A stretch of DNA of 64,000 nucleotides from Candidatus Rokuibacteriota bacterium (GCA_003220495.1 QHSP01000016.1:87831-151830), one strand, 5' to 3'; numbered from the stretch's first letter, positions 1 to 9,393 are shown. Made by a program: numbers and translations. The notes: generated from the sequence alone by a model not told the origin.

Positions 1-1
1 C

Positions 2-193
2 GGCGGAGAACGCGCGGTCGCCCGCGCCGGTGACGACGACGACGCGCGCGTCACCGCCCCGCGCGAGCTCGCCGAAGCAGGCGGTGAGCTCCTCGCGCAT
101 GCGCTCGTTCATCGCGTTGTGGACGTTGGGCCGGTTGAGCGTGATCGTTGCGATGCCGTCGGCCAGCTCGGAGCGAATCGCCTCGTACGTCAT
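2..193 (-). CDS. Enoyl-CoA hydratase/isomerase family protein, N-terminal fragment (5' partial; the gene continues past the window start)
   Basis: The reverse complement of 1..193 translates to MTYEAIRSELADGIATITLNRPNVHNAMNERMREELTACFGELARGGDARVVVVTGAGDRAFSAG, a classic crotonase-fold N-terminus. ATG is at 191-193 (complement). Confidence 0.7.
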   Translation of the reverse strand, partial: MTYEAIRSELADGIATITLNRPNVHNAMNERMREELTACFGELARGGDARVVVVTGAGDRAFSA

Positions 194-227
194 CGGTCCG
201 ATGTCTCCCGCTCGGCTGTGGCGCGCT

Positions 228-1388
228 CTAGGTTTTCGCCCGGCGGCACACGCCGCGCGCGACGAGCCCGGTGATGTCCTCGTCGGTGTAGCCGAGCTCG
301 CGGAGTACGGCGTCGGTGTGCTGGCCCAACGTCGGCGGCGGGCCCGGGTCTTGCGTGGGCGTGCCGCGAAAGGCGATCGGCTGGCCCATCAGTCGCAGGC
401 GCCCGACTTCGGGATGATCGTACTCGTGGACCATGTCGTTGTGCTGCACCGACGGGTGCTGCATGAACTCCATCACGGTCTGGACCGGTGCCGCCGGGAT
501 GTCGTGCTTCGCGAGCAGGTCGAGCCAGTAGTCGCGCGCCCTCGACCGGAACTTGGCCTCGACGAGCGGCAGGAGCGCCTGGTTGTTCTCGAGCCGCGCG
601 AGCCACGAGGCAAAGCGCGGATCGTCGGCCAGGTGCTCGAGCTCGAGCGCCTTGCAGAGCTTCACCCAGAACGCCTGGTTGCCGACCGCGAGGAAGAACC
701 AGGCGTCGTCGCCCGCCTGATAGAGGCGATAGGTCGGGTTGTCGCGGATCAAGGTCGGCTTCGTCGGATAGTCGATGGCCACACCCGCCTGGAGCGCCAG
801 CGCCCCGCGCAAGAGCGAGGTCTCCACGCGCTGGCCGCGCCCCGTCCGCTCGCGCGCGAAGAGCGCCGAGAGAATTCCCTGAGTCGCAAGCGCGGCCGTG
901 TAGTAATCGGTCGGCGCGGTCCGGAGGTACACTGGCGGCCCCCCGAAGCCCTGCAACGTCATCAGGCCGCCCAGCGCCTGAAAGATCGGATCGAAGCCCG
1001 GCCGGTCGGAGTCCGGGCCGCTCGAGCCGAACGCCGTGACCGAGGAGTAGATCAGGCGTGGGTTGATCGCGCTCAATCGCTCATAGCCGACGCCCAGACG
1101 CTCGGCGACGCCCGGCCGCATGTTCTCCATGACCACGTCGGCGCGCGCGGCGAGCCTCTCGACGATCTCGCGGCCTTCCGGTGTCTTGAGATTCACGGCG
1201 AGCGAGCGCTTGCCGCGATTCCAGCCGAAGAAGCCGGGCAGCTCGCGGAACGAGTCACCCTCGAGGGCCTCGACCTTGATGACCGCCGCCCCGAGGTCGG
1301 CCAGCTGCATCGCGGCGTAGGAGCCGGCGATGTAGCTCGTCAGATCGACGACCTGGACACCGTCGAGCGGCGGCGGGGGCGTGGACAC
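228..1388 (-). CDS. CoA transferase family III (CaiB/BaiF)
   Basis: 386-aa ORF with a typical family-III CoA-transferase sequence (VVDLTSYIAGSYAAMQLADLGAAVIKVE...). The start codon is GTG (complement of cac at 1386-1388). Confidence 0.85.
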   Translation of the reverse strand: MSTPPPPLDGVQVVDLTSYIAGSYAAMQLADLGAAVIKVEALEGDSFRELPGFFGWNRGKRSLAVNLKTPEGREIVERLAARADVVMENMRPGVAERLGVGYERLSAINPRLIYSSVTAFGSSGPDSDRPGFDPIFQALGGLMTLQGFGGPPVYLRTAPTDYYTAALATQGILSALFARERTGRGQRVETSLLRGALALQAGVAIDYPTKPTLIRDNPTYRLYQAGDDAWFFLAVGNQAFWVKLCKALELEHLADDPRFASWLARLENNQALLPLVEAKFRSRARDYWLDLLAKHDIPAAPVQTVMEFMQHPSVQHNDMVHEYDHPEVGRLRLMGQPIAFRGTPTQDPGPPPTLGQHTDAVLRELGYTDEDITGLVARGVCRRAKT

Positions 1389-1407
1389 GGGGCGGTTGTC
1401 GCTCCAG

Positions 1408-2526
1408 CTACCTCGTGGCGCGCCGGACGATCTGCTCGCGGTGGTAGTCGACGTCGCCGTACATCGACTCGAGCGCCTTGGCGCGCTTGAAGTAGATGTG
1501 CAGGTCGTACTCCCACGTGAAGCCGATACCGCCGTGCACCTGGATCGCCTCGCCGCAGACCTTTCGAGACGCGTCGGCGACGTACGCCTTGGCGACCGAG
1601 GCCGCGACCTCGTGATCCTCCGCCTTCGCGTCGAGCGCCCACGCCGCGTAGTACACGGCCGAGTGTGAGTTCTCGACCTCGAGGAGCATCTCGGAGCACT
1701 TGTGGCGGATCGCCTGGAAGGAGCCGATCGGCTGGCCGAACTGCTCGCGCACCTTGGCGTAACCGACCGCCATGTCCAGGCAGCGGCGCGCGGCGCCCAG
1801 CATCTCCGCCGCGGCGCCGACCGCGCCCCGGCGGAGGAGGTCCGTGATCAGCGATGCGGCCTGGCCGGGCGCGCCGAGCACGGCATCGCCGGCCACCGGC
1901 ACCTTGTCCAACTCGAGATGGACCCAGCGCGTCGCCAGATCCATGCCCTGGACGGGCGAGAGCTTGAGCCCCGCCGCCGAGGGATCGACCAGGAACAGGG
2001 ACGGGCCTTCGGGCACGCGCGCCGGGATCAGCAGCACGTTCGCCACGTGGGCCCACGGCACGAAGCGCTTCGTCCCCGAGAGGGTCCAGCCCCTGGACGA
2101 CTTCTCCGCCCGTGTCGTCACCGCCGCCGGATCCCAGTCGAGATCGTTGTCGAGGAACGCCAGGGTCGCGCGCGCGTCGCCGGTCGCGATCGCCGAGAGC
2201 CAGCGCTTCCTCTGCGTGTCGGTGCCGGCCGCCTCGATGGCGGCGGCGGACAGGACGGTCGGCCAGTACGGGCCGGGATAGGCGGCGCGGCCGAGCTCCT
2301 CGAGCAGGATCGCGGTCTCGACCATGCCGAGGCCGCTGCCGCCGTACGCCTCGGGCAGGGAGAGGCCGTGCCAGCCGAGCTGCGCCATCTCCTTCCACAT
2401 CGACTCGCTCTCGCCGCGCGGATCGTCCCACAGGAGGCGAACCGTCGCCGGCTTGCAGTGCTCGTCGAGGAACGCGCGAGCCGAGTTTTTCAACAGTTGC
2501 TGGTCGGAGCTGAATGAAAAGTCCAT
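1408..2526 (-). CDS. Acyl-CoA dehydrogenase
   Basis: 372-aa ORF of the acyl-CoA dehydrogenase family (...YGGSGLGMVE..., C-terminal IQVHGGIGFTWEYDLHIYFKRA). True ATG at 2524-2526 (complement). Confidence 0.9.
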   Translation of the reverse strand: MDFSFSSDQQLLKNSARAFLDEHCKPATVRLLWDDPRGESESMWKEMAQLGWHGLSLPEAYGGSGLGMVETAILLEELGRAAYPGPYWPTVLSAAAIEAAGTDTQRKRWLSAIATGDARATLAFLDNDLDWDPAAVTTRAEKSSRGWTLSGTKRFVPWAHVANVLLIPARVPEGPSLFLVDPSAAGLKLSPVQGMDLATRWVHLELDKVPVAGDAVLGAPGQAASLITDLLRRGAVGAAAEMLGAARRCLDMAVGYAKVREQFGQPIGSFQAIRHKCSEMLLEVENSHSAVYYAAWALDAKAEDHEVAASVAKAYVADASRKVCGEAIQVHGGIGFTWEYDLHIYFKRAKALESMYGDVDYHREQIVRRATR

Positions 2527-2530
2527 GGCG

Positions 2531-3736
2531 TCAGGCCTTCAGGCGGTCGGCGCGCACTTCCTTCGGCAGGCCGAGCACGCGCTCTCCGATGATGTTCTTC
2601 TGGATCTCGGACGAGCCCGAGTAGATCGTGCCCGCGCGCGACCAGAGGAACGCGGTCGCGAAGGTGCCGGGCTCGCCGGAGGAGGTATCGACCTCCTCGA
2701 ACTCCTCGCGCGCGACCATGAGCTGGCCGAACGGGCCGAGGATCTCGAGCGCGAGCTCGTAGTAGCGCTTCTCGAACTCGGTATACGAAAGCTTCGTGAT
2801 CGACGAGGCGGCGCCCGGCGCATCGCCCTTTTGCAGGGCCGAGAGCACGCGCAGCGCGGCGTAGCGCTGCACCTCGAGATCGGCGTAGATGCGCCCCATC
2901 CGCGCGCGCACCGCCGGGTCCTCGATCAGCGGCCGGCCGCCGCGCTTGAGCTCCTTCGTGGCCTTCACCAGCTGGTTGAACGCGGTGACATACCGCGTGA
3001 CGCGCCCGAGCGCGTTCCCACCGCGCTCGAAGCCGAGCGTGGTCTGCGCGATCGCCCAGCCCTCGTTGATGTTGCCGATCAGGTCCGACTTCTCGGCGCG
3101 CGCGTTCGTCATGAAGACCTCGGAGAAGAGCGAGCTGCCCGTGATCTGCTTGAGCGGCCGCACCTCGACGCCGGGCTGGCGCATGTTGAGGAGCACGCAC
3201 GAGATACCGCGGTGCTTGGCCACCTTCGGATCGGTGCGAGCGAGTAGGATGCCCCAGTCGGCGATCGGGCCGCTCGAGGTCCAGATCTTCTGGCCGTTGA
3301 CGACGAAGTGCTCGCCCTGGTCCTCGGCCCGCGTCTTGAGACTCGCGAGGTCCGATCCGGCGTTCGGCTCGGAGTAGAGCTGGCACCAGATCTCCTCGGC
3401 GGTCAGCATCTTCTTCAGATAGCGCTGCTTCTGCGCCTCGGTGCCGTGGACGATGATCGTCGGGCCGATGAACCCGATGCCGAGACCGTTGATGGCCGGC
3501 GGTGCGCTCACGCGCGCCATCTCGTCCTGCACGATCGCCTGCTGCATCGGCGTGGCGCCCCAGCCCCCGTACTCATTGGGCCACAGCATCCCGACGTAGC
3601 CCGCTTCGTAGAGCTTCCGATGCCACGCCTTGCGCTCGTCGAGCGTCTTGAGATCCTGCTTGGGAACATTGGCCTCGAGCCAGCGGCGCGTCGAGGCGCG
3701 GAATTCGCGGTCTTCAGGCGAGTAGTTCAGGTCCAT
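2531..3736 (-). CDS. Acyl-CoA dehydrogenase
   Basis: Acyl-CoA dehydrogenase family (MDLNYSPEDREF...YGGWGATPMQQAIVQDEM...IWTSS). The listed ORF start at 3841 is an in-frame extension; the start was placed at ATG 3734-3736 (complement), which has GGAGG 8 nt upstream. Confidence 0.88.
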   Translation of the reverse strand: MDLNYSPEDREFRASTRRWLEANVPKQDLKTLDERKAWHRKLYEAGYVGMLWPNEYGGWGATPMQQAIVQDEMARVSAPPAINGLGIGFIGPTIIVHGTEAQKQRYLKKMLTAEEIWCQLYSEPNAGSDLASLKTRAEDQGEHFVVNGQKIWTSSGPIADWGILLARTDPKVAKHRGISCVLLNMRQPGVEVRPLKQITGSSLFSEVFMTNARAEKSDLIGNINEGWAIAQTTLGFERGGNALGRVTRYVTAFNQLVKATKELKRGGRPLIEDPAVRARMGRIYADLEVQRYAALRVLSALQKGDAPGAASSITKLSYTEFEKRYYELALEILGPFGQLMVAREEFEEVDTSSGEPGTFATAFLWSRAGTIYSGSSEIQKNIIGERVLGLPKEVRADRLKA

Positions 3737-3752
3737 CGGGTCGGCCTCCGCA

Positions 3753-3804
3753 GTGCGCGCCGCAGGCCGTCGCGGGGCTGGGGCCCCGCCGGCCGAGGCG
3801 CGGC
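3753..3804. repeat. GC-rich palindromic intergenic repeat, copy A (REP-like)
   Basis: gtgcgcgccgcaggccgtcgcggggctggggccccgccggccgaggcgcgg. Near-identical copies at 15357, 31772 (reverse complement) and 48155. Imperfect 40-bp palindrome centred on GGGGCCCC. Confidence 0.5.
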
Positions 3805-3844
3805 TATGACGAATGCACGTTTCTAGCACGCCGGCCAGCACGAA

Positions 3845-4696
3845 TCAACGCGCGGGGGCCGGCAGCCGGTAGATCGCGGTGTGGAGCACGTGGGCGATCG
3901 GGCGGCGCTCGCCGGCGACCAGGACCAGGTCCGCCTCCACGAACTCGCGGCCCTTCTTCTCGAAGAGCGAGCGCACCTTGCCGCGGGTCGACAACGTCTC
4001 GCCGACCTTCGCGCCGCCGAGGTGGCGCACGACGCTTCCGGCGTGGATCCACGGGCTCATGCGGACGTTCTGCGAGAGCGCCTTGTTGGCCTGGTCGAGG
4101 AAGAACCCGGGATGGACCCAGCCGCGCGCGCCGCGATAGATCGAGAGACCGTCGCTGACGCGCTCGAGATATTCGGCGGCGCGCTCGTCGTCGTACGGAT
4201 TGATGGGCGTGCCGAGCGCGCTGAGGCCGGCGAGGTGGTCGCGCGTCGCGAGCGGGCGGTCGGCCGGTAGCGGCGCCGCCGGGTACCGGGCCAGGTTCAC
4301 CGGGACCGGCGAGCCGGCCGGCAGGGTGGCGATCAACGTCGCGCACTCGCCGCCGACGGCGGTCGTTGCCGTGACCGTCGCGGTGAGACCCTTGCGGTCG
4401 CGCGAGGTCACCACACCGGCCAGCCGAACCTCTTCGCCGTCGTGGATGGGCTTGCGGAATCGGGCGTTCGCGGTCCCGCGCTCGAGCCAGGCGGCGCCGA
4501 ACGCCTCGACCAGCGGATGGGTCAGGTACGCGTAGACGGTCACGCCGGGCACGAGCGCGCCGCGAAAGCCGTACTGACGCGCGATCTGCTCGTCGTGGAT
4601 CTTGTTCTCGGAGCTCGAGGACGTGTTGCGAGCCTTGACGTGATACTCGGGCAGGCGCTCCTGGCTATCCGTATCGGCCTCCTTCGTCGACGGCAC
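3845..4696 (-). CDS. MaoC-like (R)-specific enoyl-CoA hydratase/dehydratase, double hotdog fold
   Basis: 283-aa ORF containing a MaoC/hotdog dehydratase region (GALVPGVTVYAYLTHPLVEAFG...). GTG start. The N-terminal ~40 aa are low complexity, so the true start may lie further in. Confidence 0.78.
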   Translation of the reverse strand: MPSTKEADTDSQERLPEYHVKARNTSSSSENKIHDEQIARQYGFRGALVPGVTVYAYLTHPLVEAFGAAWLERGTANARFRKPIHDGEEVRLAGVVTSRDRKGLTATVTATTAVGGECATLIATLPAGSPVPVNLARYPAAPLPADRPLATRDHLAGLSALGTPINPYDDERAAEYLERVSDGLSIYRGARGWVHPGFFLDQANKALSQNVRMSPWIHAGSVVRHLGGAKVGETLSTRGKVRSLFEKKGREFVEADLVLVAGERRPIAHVLHTAIYRLPAPAR

Positions 4697-4720
4697 GGCC
4701 GCCGCCCCAGGTCCGGCAAG

Positions 4721-4728
4721 TATATAAT
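4721..4728 (+). promoter_or_regulatory. Candidate -10 element (TATATAAT) for lemA
   Basis: A perfect TATAAT at 4723-4728 in an otherwise GC-rich spacer, about 10 nt upstream of the lemA ATG. No good -35. It implies a very short leader. Confidence 0.3.
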
Positions 4729-4738
4729 CAACGCGGTC

Positions 4739-5335
4739 ATGTCGCGCGGGCTCCTCATCCCCTTGGTCGTAATCGCCCTACTGGTCATCGGCGTCGGCGC
4801 GTGGGCAGTCTCGATCAACAACCAGCTGGTCGTCCTCGACCAGAACGTCGGCGAGAAGTGGGCGCAGGTGCAGAACGTCTATCAGCGCCGCGCCGACCTC
4901 ATTCCGAATCTCGTCGAGACGGTGAAGGGCTTTGCGGCGCAGGAGCGCACGGTGCTGGAGGAGGTCACGCGCGCGCGGGCGAGCGCCTCCTCGATCCAGC
5001 TCACGCCCGAGGCGCTCAACGACCCCAAGGCGCTCGAGCGGTTCCAGGCCGCGCAGAACCAGCTCTCGGGCGCGCTCTCGCGGCTGCTGGTCACGGTCGA
5101 ACGCTACCCCGAGCTCAAGTCGAACCAGAACTTCCTGGCGCTGCAGAGCCAGCTCGAAGGCACCGAGAACCGGATCACCGTCGAGCGCCGTAACTTCAAT
5201 CAGGCGGTCCGCGACTACAACACGCGCCTGCGGCTCTTCCCGGGCTCGGCGGTCGCGCGCTTCTCGGGCTATCAACCCAAGGCGTTCTTCGAGGCGGCGC
5301 CCGACGCGGCGACCGTCCCCAAGGTGAAGTTCTAG
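4739..5335 (+). CDS. lemA: LemA family protein
   Basis: MSRGLLIPLVVIALLVIGVGAWAVSINNQLVVLDQNVGEKWAQVQNVYQRRADLIPNLV... Single N-terminal transmembrane helix followed by a LemA domain. ATG at 4739. Confidence 0.88.
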   Translation: MSRGLLIPLVVIALLVIGVGAWAVSINNQLVVLDQNVGEKWAQVQNVYQRRADLIPNLVETVKGFAAQERTVLEEVTRARASASSIQLTPEALNDPKALERFQAAQNQLSGALSRLLVTVERYPELKSNQNFLALQSQLEGTENRITVERRNFNQAVRDYNTRLRLFPGSAVARFSGYQPKAFFEAAPDAATVPKVKF

Positions 5336-5336
5336 T

Positions 5337-6089
5337 CTGCTTCTCGCCGCTGTCCTCGCCGTCGCCCTCGTCCTGCCGCCAGCGCCGACCGCCCGGCTGA
5401 ACGACTACGCCGGTCTTCTGACGCCGGCCGAGCGCGAGCGGATCGAGGCCCTCCTGACCGAGCGCGAGCGGACCACCGGAACCCAGATGGCGATCGCCGT
5501 GTTCAAGTCGCTCGACGGCGAGAGCCTGGAGGACGTCGCGAACCGGCTCTTCCAGCAATGGCGTCTCGGCCAGAAGAAGCTCGACAACGGCGTGCTACTC
5601 GTCGTGTTCGTCGAGGATCGAAAGCTTCGCCTCGAGGTCGGGTACGGGCTCGAAGGGGTGCTGCCCGACGCCGAGGCCGCGCAGATCATCCGCGGCGCGA
5701 TCGCGCCGCGCTTTCGAGAGCAGCGTTACGCGGCGGGGCTCGAGGCCGCCACGATCGCCGCCTACGAGCGCATCAAGCCGGGCTCGACGCCGCCCGAGGA
5801 GCTGAAGCGGTGGGCGCCGCAACGGCGGCGGGACAACACGAGCCCGAATCTCTACCTGCTCATTCTTCTCGCGTTCGTCGCGCTGACCGTCGGCGGGCTG
5901 GCGTGGGAAGCCTCGCACCAGCGCGGCTACACCGCGGGTCGGCGAGGCTGGACATCGTCGGGGGGCGGCTGGTATGGCGGAGGACGGGGCGGCGGCGGCT
6001 ACTCGGGCGGCGGCGGCTTTTCCGATGGTGGTGGCTTCTCGGGTGGCGGGGGGAGCTCCGGTGGCGGCGGTGCGAGCGGGAGCTGGTAA
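5337..6089 (+). CDS. TPM domain-containing protein (YgcG-like) with a transmembrane helix and a Gly-rich C-terminal tail; start codon uncertain
   Basis: A TPM-domain N-terminus (LNDYAGLLTPAERERIEALLTERERTTGTQMAIAVFKSLDGESLEDVA) is encoded upstream of the first ATG (5487). The frame opens at 5328 after a TGA, with no ATG, GTG or TTG before 5487. CTG at 5337 is the only plausible initiator. The C-terminus carries a transmembrane helix and a GGGWYGGGRGGGGYSGGGG tail. Confidence 0.7.
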   Translation: MLLAAVLAVALVLPPAPTARLNDYAGLLTPAERERIEALLTERERTTGTQMAIAVFKSLDGESLEDVANRLFQQWRLGQKKLDNGVLLVVFVEDRKLRLEVGYGLEGVLPDAEAAQIIRGAIAPRFREQRYAAGLEAATIAAYERIKPGSTPPEELKRWAPQRRRDNTSPNLYLLILLAFVALTVGGLAWEASHQRGYTAGRRGWTSSGGGWYGGGRGGGGYSGGGGFSDGGGFSGGGGSSGGGGASGSW

Positions 6090-6562
6090 TGGCGAAGCAT
6101 CCGAGCTGGACCCGGCAGTTTCTGAGCGAGGCGGACTTCGACGCGATCACGCGCGCGATCAAGACCGCCGAGTCGCGGACCTCCGCGGAGATCCGGGTGC
6201 ATCTCGAGCGCCGCGTGCCGCGGCGGCTCATGCTCGGCCGCGCGCCGGACGTCATGACGCGAGCCCGCCACGTGTTCCGGCGCCTCGGCATGCACCGGAC
6301 CGCCGAGCGCCACGGCGTGCTGGTCTACCTCGCCGTCGAGGACCGGCGTCTGGCGGTCGTCGGCGACGAGGGCATCCACGGGCGCGTCGGGGATCCGCAC
6401 TGGCACCGCGTGCGCGACCTGATGCTGGAGCGGCTGCGGTCGAACGCCCCGCGCGAGGCGATCGAGCGCGCGGTCGAAGAGCTCGGTCGTGCGCTCGCCG
6501 AGCACTATCCGCGCCGGCCCGACGATCTGAACGAGCTGAGCGACGAGGTCAGCGTGTCGTGA
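6089..6562 (+). CDS. TPM domain-containing protein
   Basis: MAKHPSWTRQFLSEADFDAITRAIKTAESRTSAEIRVHLE... The ATG overlaps the upstream TAA (TAATG). The gene order lemA, TPM, TPM is the typical arrangement. Confidence 0.78.
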   Translation: MAKHPSWTRQFLSEADFDAITRAIKTAESRTSAEIRVHLERRVPRRLMLGRAPDVMTRARHVFRRLGMHRTAERHGVLVYLAVEDRRLAVVGDEGIHGRVGDPHWHRVRDLMLERLRSNAPREAIERAVEELGRALAEHYPRRPDDLNELSDEVSVS

Positions 6563-6563
6563 G

Positions 6564-6908
6564 ATGCGGCGTCGGGTGTACTGTACGGGCATGGTCGCGC
6601 GCGTCGCGATGGTTGGACTCCTCTCGACAACGCTGGTCCTGTCGGCGGCGAGCGCTCAGGAAGCTCGGTCCGGCGAGGCCCCGGCGCCTCTCGAGCTCAA
6701 GCGCGAGGCGAAGCCGGCGCGGCCGATCGCGCGCCCCGAGAGCGACCGCGGCCAGGCGAGCCGTGACGCTGCGCGCGCCGCGGCCGAGTACGAGCAGCGG
6801 CAGCGAGACGACCAGCTGGTGCGCGAGCAGACGCGCCCGGCGCTCCGGCGCCCGGATCTCGGCTACGAGGTGACCGGGGGTATCCAGCAGCGCAACCTGC
6901 GCCGATGA
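6564..6908 (+). CDS. Hypothetical secreted protein (signal peptide, charged low-complexity)
   Basis: MRRRVYCTGMVARVAMVGLLSTTLVLSAASA... The N-terminus is signal-peptide-like. The ATG lies 2 nt after the TPM stop, and the stop overlaps the next gene (ATGA). Confidence 0.5.
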   Translation: MRRRVYCTGMVARVAMVGLLSTTLVLSAASAQEARSGEAPAPLELKREAKPARPIARPESDRGQASRDAARAAAEYEQRQRDDQLVREQTRPALRRPDLGYEVTGGIQQRNLRR

Positions 6909-8005
6909 CCCGCGACGACATTCCAACGCCTGCGCTGCTGCTCGACCTCGACCGCTTCGAGCGTAACCTCCGCCGGATGGCGGCGCACGCGCGCGCCACC
7001 GGCAAGAACCTCCGGCCTCACGCGAAGACGCATCGCTGCCCCGAGATCGCCCGCCGCCAGGTGAGCGCGGGCGCGCTCGGCGTGGCCTGCGCGAAGCTCG
7101 GCGAGGCGGAGGTGATGGCGCGGGCCGGCGTGCGTGGTCTTCTCATCACGACCGAAGTCGTCGCCCACGCCGCGATCCGGCGGCTCATGCGGCTCGTCTC
7201 GGCGGCGCCGGACACGCTCGTCGTGATCGACAATCCCGCCAACGTGGCCGATCTCGGCCGCGAGGCGTCCGCCGACGGCGTGACGGTCAACGTGCTGGTC
7301 GACGTCGACGTGGGCACCCGGCGCACCGGCATCGCCCCCGGCGAGCCGGCGCTGGCGCTGGCCCGCGCCGCGGTCGCGCAGCCGTCGCTCCGTTTTCGTG
7401 GGCTCCAGGGCTACGCGGGCCACTGCGCGCACGTCATGGGCTGGGAGGCGCGGCGCGAGGCCTCGCACGCGGCGTTGAAGCCGCTGATGGAGACGCGCGA
7501 GCTGATCGAGCGAGCCGGGCTGCCGGTCGAGATCGTCGCCGGCGGCTCGACCGGCACGTGGGACATCGACATCGAGCTGCCCGGGCTCACCGAGCTGCAG
7601 GCGGGCTCCTACTGCGTGATGGACATCGACTATCGGCGGATCGGCGCTCGGGCCGGCGCGGTGAACGGCGACTTCGAGATGGCGCTGACGGTGATCACCA
7701 CCGTGGTCAGCGTGCCGACGACCGAGCGCGCGATGGTCGACGGCGGGCTCAAGGCCTTCTCGACCGACAAGCCGTTTCCGCCCGAATCGGTGGAGCGCCC
7801 GGGTGTCGAGTTCAGCTTCGCGGGCGACGAGCACGGGCGATTGACCGTGACGGATCCGTCGCGCGCGCCGCGGCTCGGCGAGCGCATCGAGTTCTTCCCG
7901 CCCCACTGCGATCCGACGATCAACCTCTACGATCGGATCTACGCGATGCGCGGCGACAAGGTCGAGGCGGTCTGGGACATCGCTGCGCGCGGCCGGAGCG
8001 ATTAG
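6905..8005 (+). CDS. DSD1/alanine-racemase-N-domain family PLP enzyme (D-serine deaminase-like or D-threonine aldolase-like)
   Basis: 366 aa; ...NLRPHAKTHRCPEIARRQ... carries the PLP-lysine motif (PH.K.H.C) of the DSD1 family, plus the C-terminal beta-domain. Confidence 0.85.
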   Translation: MTRDDIPTPALLLDLDRFERNLRRMAAHARATGKNLRPHAKTHRCPEIARRQVSAGALGVACAKLGEAEVMARAGVRGLLITTEVVAHAAIRRLMRLVSAAPDTLVVIDNPANVADLGREASADGVTVNVLVDVDVGTRRTGIAPGEPALALARAAVAQPSLRFRGLQGYAGHCAHVMGWEARREASHAALKPLMETRELIERAGLPVEIVAGGSTGTWDIDIELPGLTELQAGSYCVMDIDYRRIGARAGAVNGDFEMALTVITTVVSVPTTERAMVDGGLKAFSTDKPFPPESVERPGVEFSFAGDEHGRLTVTDPSRAPRLGERIEFFPPHCDPTINLYDRIYAMRGDKVEAVWDIAARGRSD

Positions 8006-8038
8006 CTCCATATTCGGACTGCGCGCGGGCTGGTCGGC

Positions 8039-8488
8039 TCAGGCGGCCGGACGATACGCGATCAGGTAGCGGTGCTCGCCCTCGAGCACGACCTCGCCGC
8101 GCTGGTTCTTCAGCGCGACGCGCAGCGTGAGGAGCCCGGCCGACCGCTTGCGCTCCAGCGCGACCACCTCGTGCTCGGGAGAGATCGTGTCGCCGATGAG
8201 CGCCGGCCCGCGGAAGCGCGTGGTCTGCTCGACGAAGGCCACGATGGAGTCCTCGATCGACGGCGCGAGGGTCGAGGCGCCGACCGCGGTGAGCGACGCG
8301 AGGAGCAGACCGTGGGCGAGTCGTCCGCCGTAGCGCGTCTTCTTTCCGTACTCTTCGTCGTAGTGGATCGGGTGGTTATCGCCCGTCATGCCCGCGAAGA
8401 ACATGAAGTGCGCGTCGGTCAAGGTGCGCGACGGGCTCTTGAACCGATCGCCGACGGTGAAGTCCTCGAAGTAGCGCTGCGCCGTCAC
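8039..8488 (-). CDS. MaoC family dehydratase (single hotdog)
   Basis: VTAQRYFEDFTVGDRFKSPSRTLTDAHFMFFAGMTGDNHPIHYDEEY... GTG at 8488 overlaps the dus stop (GTGA). The 424-aa ORF listed in the track is an artefactual upstream extension. Confidence 0.8.
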   Translation of the reverse strand: MTAQRYFEDFTVGDRFKSPSRTLTDAHFMFFAGMTGDNHPIHYDEEYGKKTRYGGRLAHGLLLASLTAVGASTLAPSIEDSIVAFVEQTTRFRGPALIGDTISPEHEVVALERKRSAGLLTLRVALKNQRGEVVLEGEHRYLIAYRPAA

Positions 8489-9393
8489 CAGGCGCTCCAG
8501 AAGACCTCGCGTGCCTCCGCGGCGTCCTGGGCTCGGAACAGCTCCACGCGCAGGCGCGCGGCGCCCGGAAAGCCGCTCGCGTACCAGGCCAGGTGTTTCT
8601 TCAGCTGAATGGCCGCCGTCCGCGGCGGCAGGAGCGCCTCGATCAGCGCGTCGTGGCGGCGGATGATCCGCGCGCGATCTTCTCGCGGCACCTGAGACCC
8701 GCGGAAGATCCACGGCGCGCCGAGCGCGCCGCGGCCGACCATGACGGCCGCGCACCGGGTGGCGGCCACCATCGCCTCGGCGTCGGCGGGGCTCTGCACG
8801 TCGCCGTTGCCGATCACCGGGATCGCGACCGCGTCGACGACGCCGGCGATGATCTCCCACGGCGCGCGGCCGCTGTACTGCTGCGAGCGTGTGCGCGGAT
8901 GGACGGTGATCGCGTCGACGCCCTCGCTCTCCGCGATGCGGGCGATCTCCACGGCGTTCACCGTGCGGTCGTCCCAGCCGCCGCGGATCTTGATCGTCAA
9001 GTCGACGCCGATCGCCTTGCGCATCGTACGCAACACGACGGCCGCGCCGAGCGGATCGCGCATCAGCGCGGAGCCCTGGCCCTTCGCGACGATCTTGGCC
9101 ACCGGGCAGCCCATGTTGAGATCGATCGCGTCGGCGCCGGCGGCCTCGAGCCGCCGGGCGGCCTCGGCCAGCACGTCCGGATCGGCGCCCAGGAGCTGGA
9201 GCGCGATCGGGTGCTCCTCGGGCAGGAAGCTCGCGAGCTCGGCCGTGCGCGCGCTGCCCTCGACGAGCCCGCGGGCGTCGATCTCCTCGCTGGTGAGCCG
9301 GCCGGCGCCGCATTCACGGGCGATCAGCCTGAAGGGCGTATTGGTCACCGCCGCCATCGGCGCCAGACGCAGGTCGATCATGCCGTCCAGCAT
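8485..9393 (-). CDS. dus: tRNA-dihydrouridine synthase
   Basis: 302 aa; ...APMAAVTNTPFRLIARECGAG...DLNMGCPVAKIVAKGQGSALM... carries the Dus family motifs. ATG at 9391-9393 (complement). Confidence 0.88.
   Translation of the reverse strand: MLDGMIDLRLAPMAAVTNTPFRLIARECGAGRLTSEEIDARGLVEGSARTAELASFLPEEHPIALQLLGADPDVLAEAARRLEAAGADAIDLNMGCPVAKIVAKGQGSALMRDPLGAAVVLRTMRKAIGVDLTIKIRGGWDDRTVNAVEIARIAESEGVDAITVHPRTRSQQYSGRAPWEIIAGVVDAVAIPVIGNGDVQSPADAEAMVAATRCAAVMVGRGALGAPWIFRGSQVPREDRARIIRRHDALIEALLPPRTAAIQLKKHLAWYASGFPGAARLRVELFRAQDAAEAREVFWSAW

Noticed and set aside
30-1490. 486-aa plus-strand ORF (R/A/G-rich)
   Set aside because: It is antisense to a well-supported CoA-transferase gene. Its composition is typical of spurious open frames in 70%-GC DNA, and it has no recognisable domain.
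5558-6562. 334-aa ORF starting inside the first TPM gene
   Set aside because: The first 177 codons are an Arg-rich alternative frame of the first TPM gene. The second TPM gene starts at ATG 6089.
8039-9313. 424-aa ORF as one gene
   Set aside because: Only the C-terminal 149 aa (MaoC) are real. The upstream part overlaps dus in another frame and is Arg-rich junk. The gene starts at GTG 8488 with a GTGA overlap.
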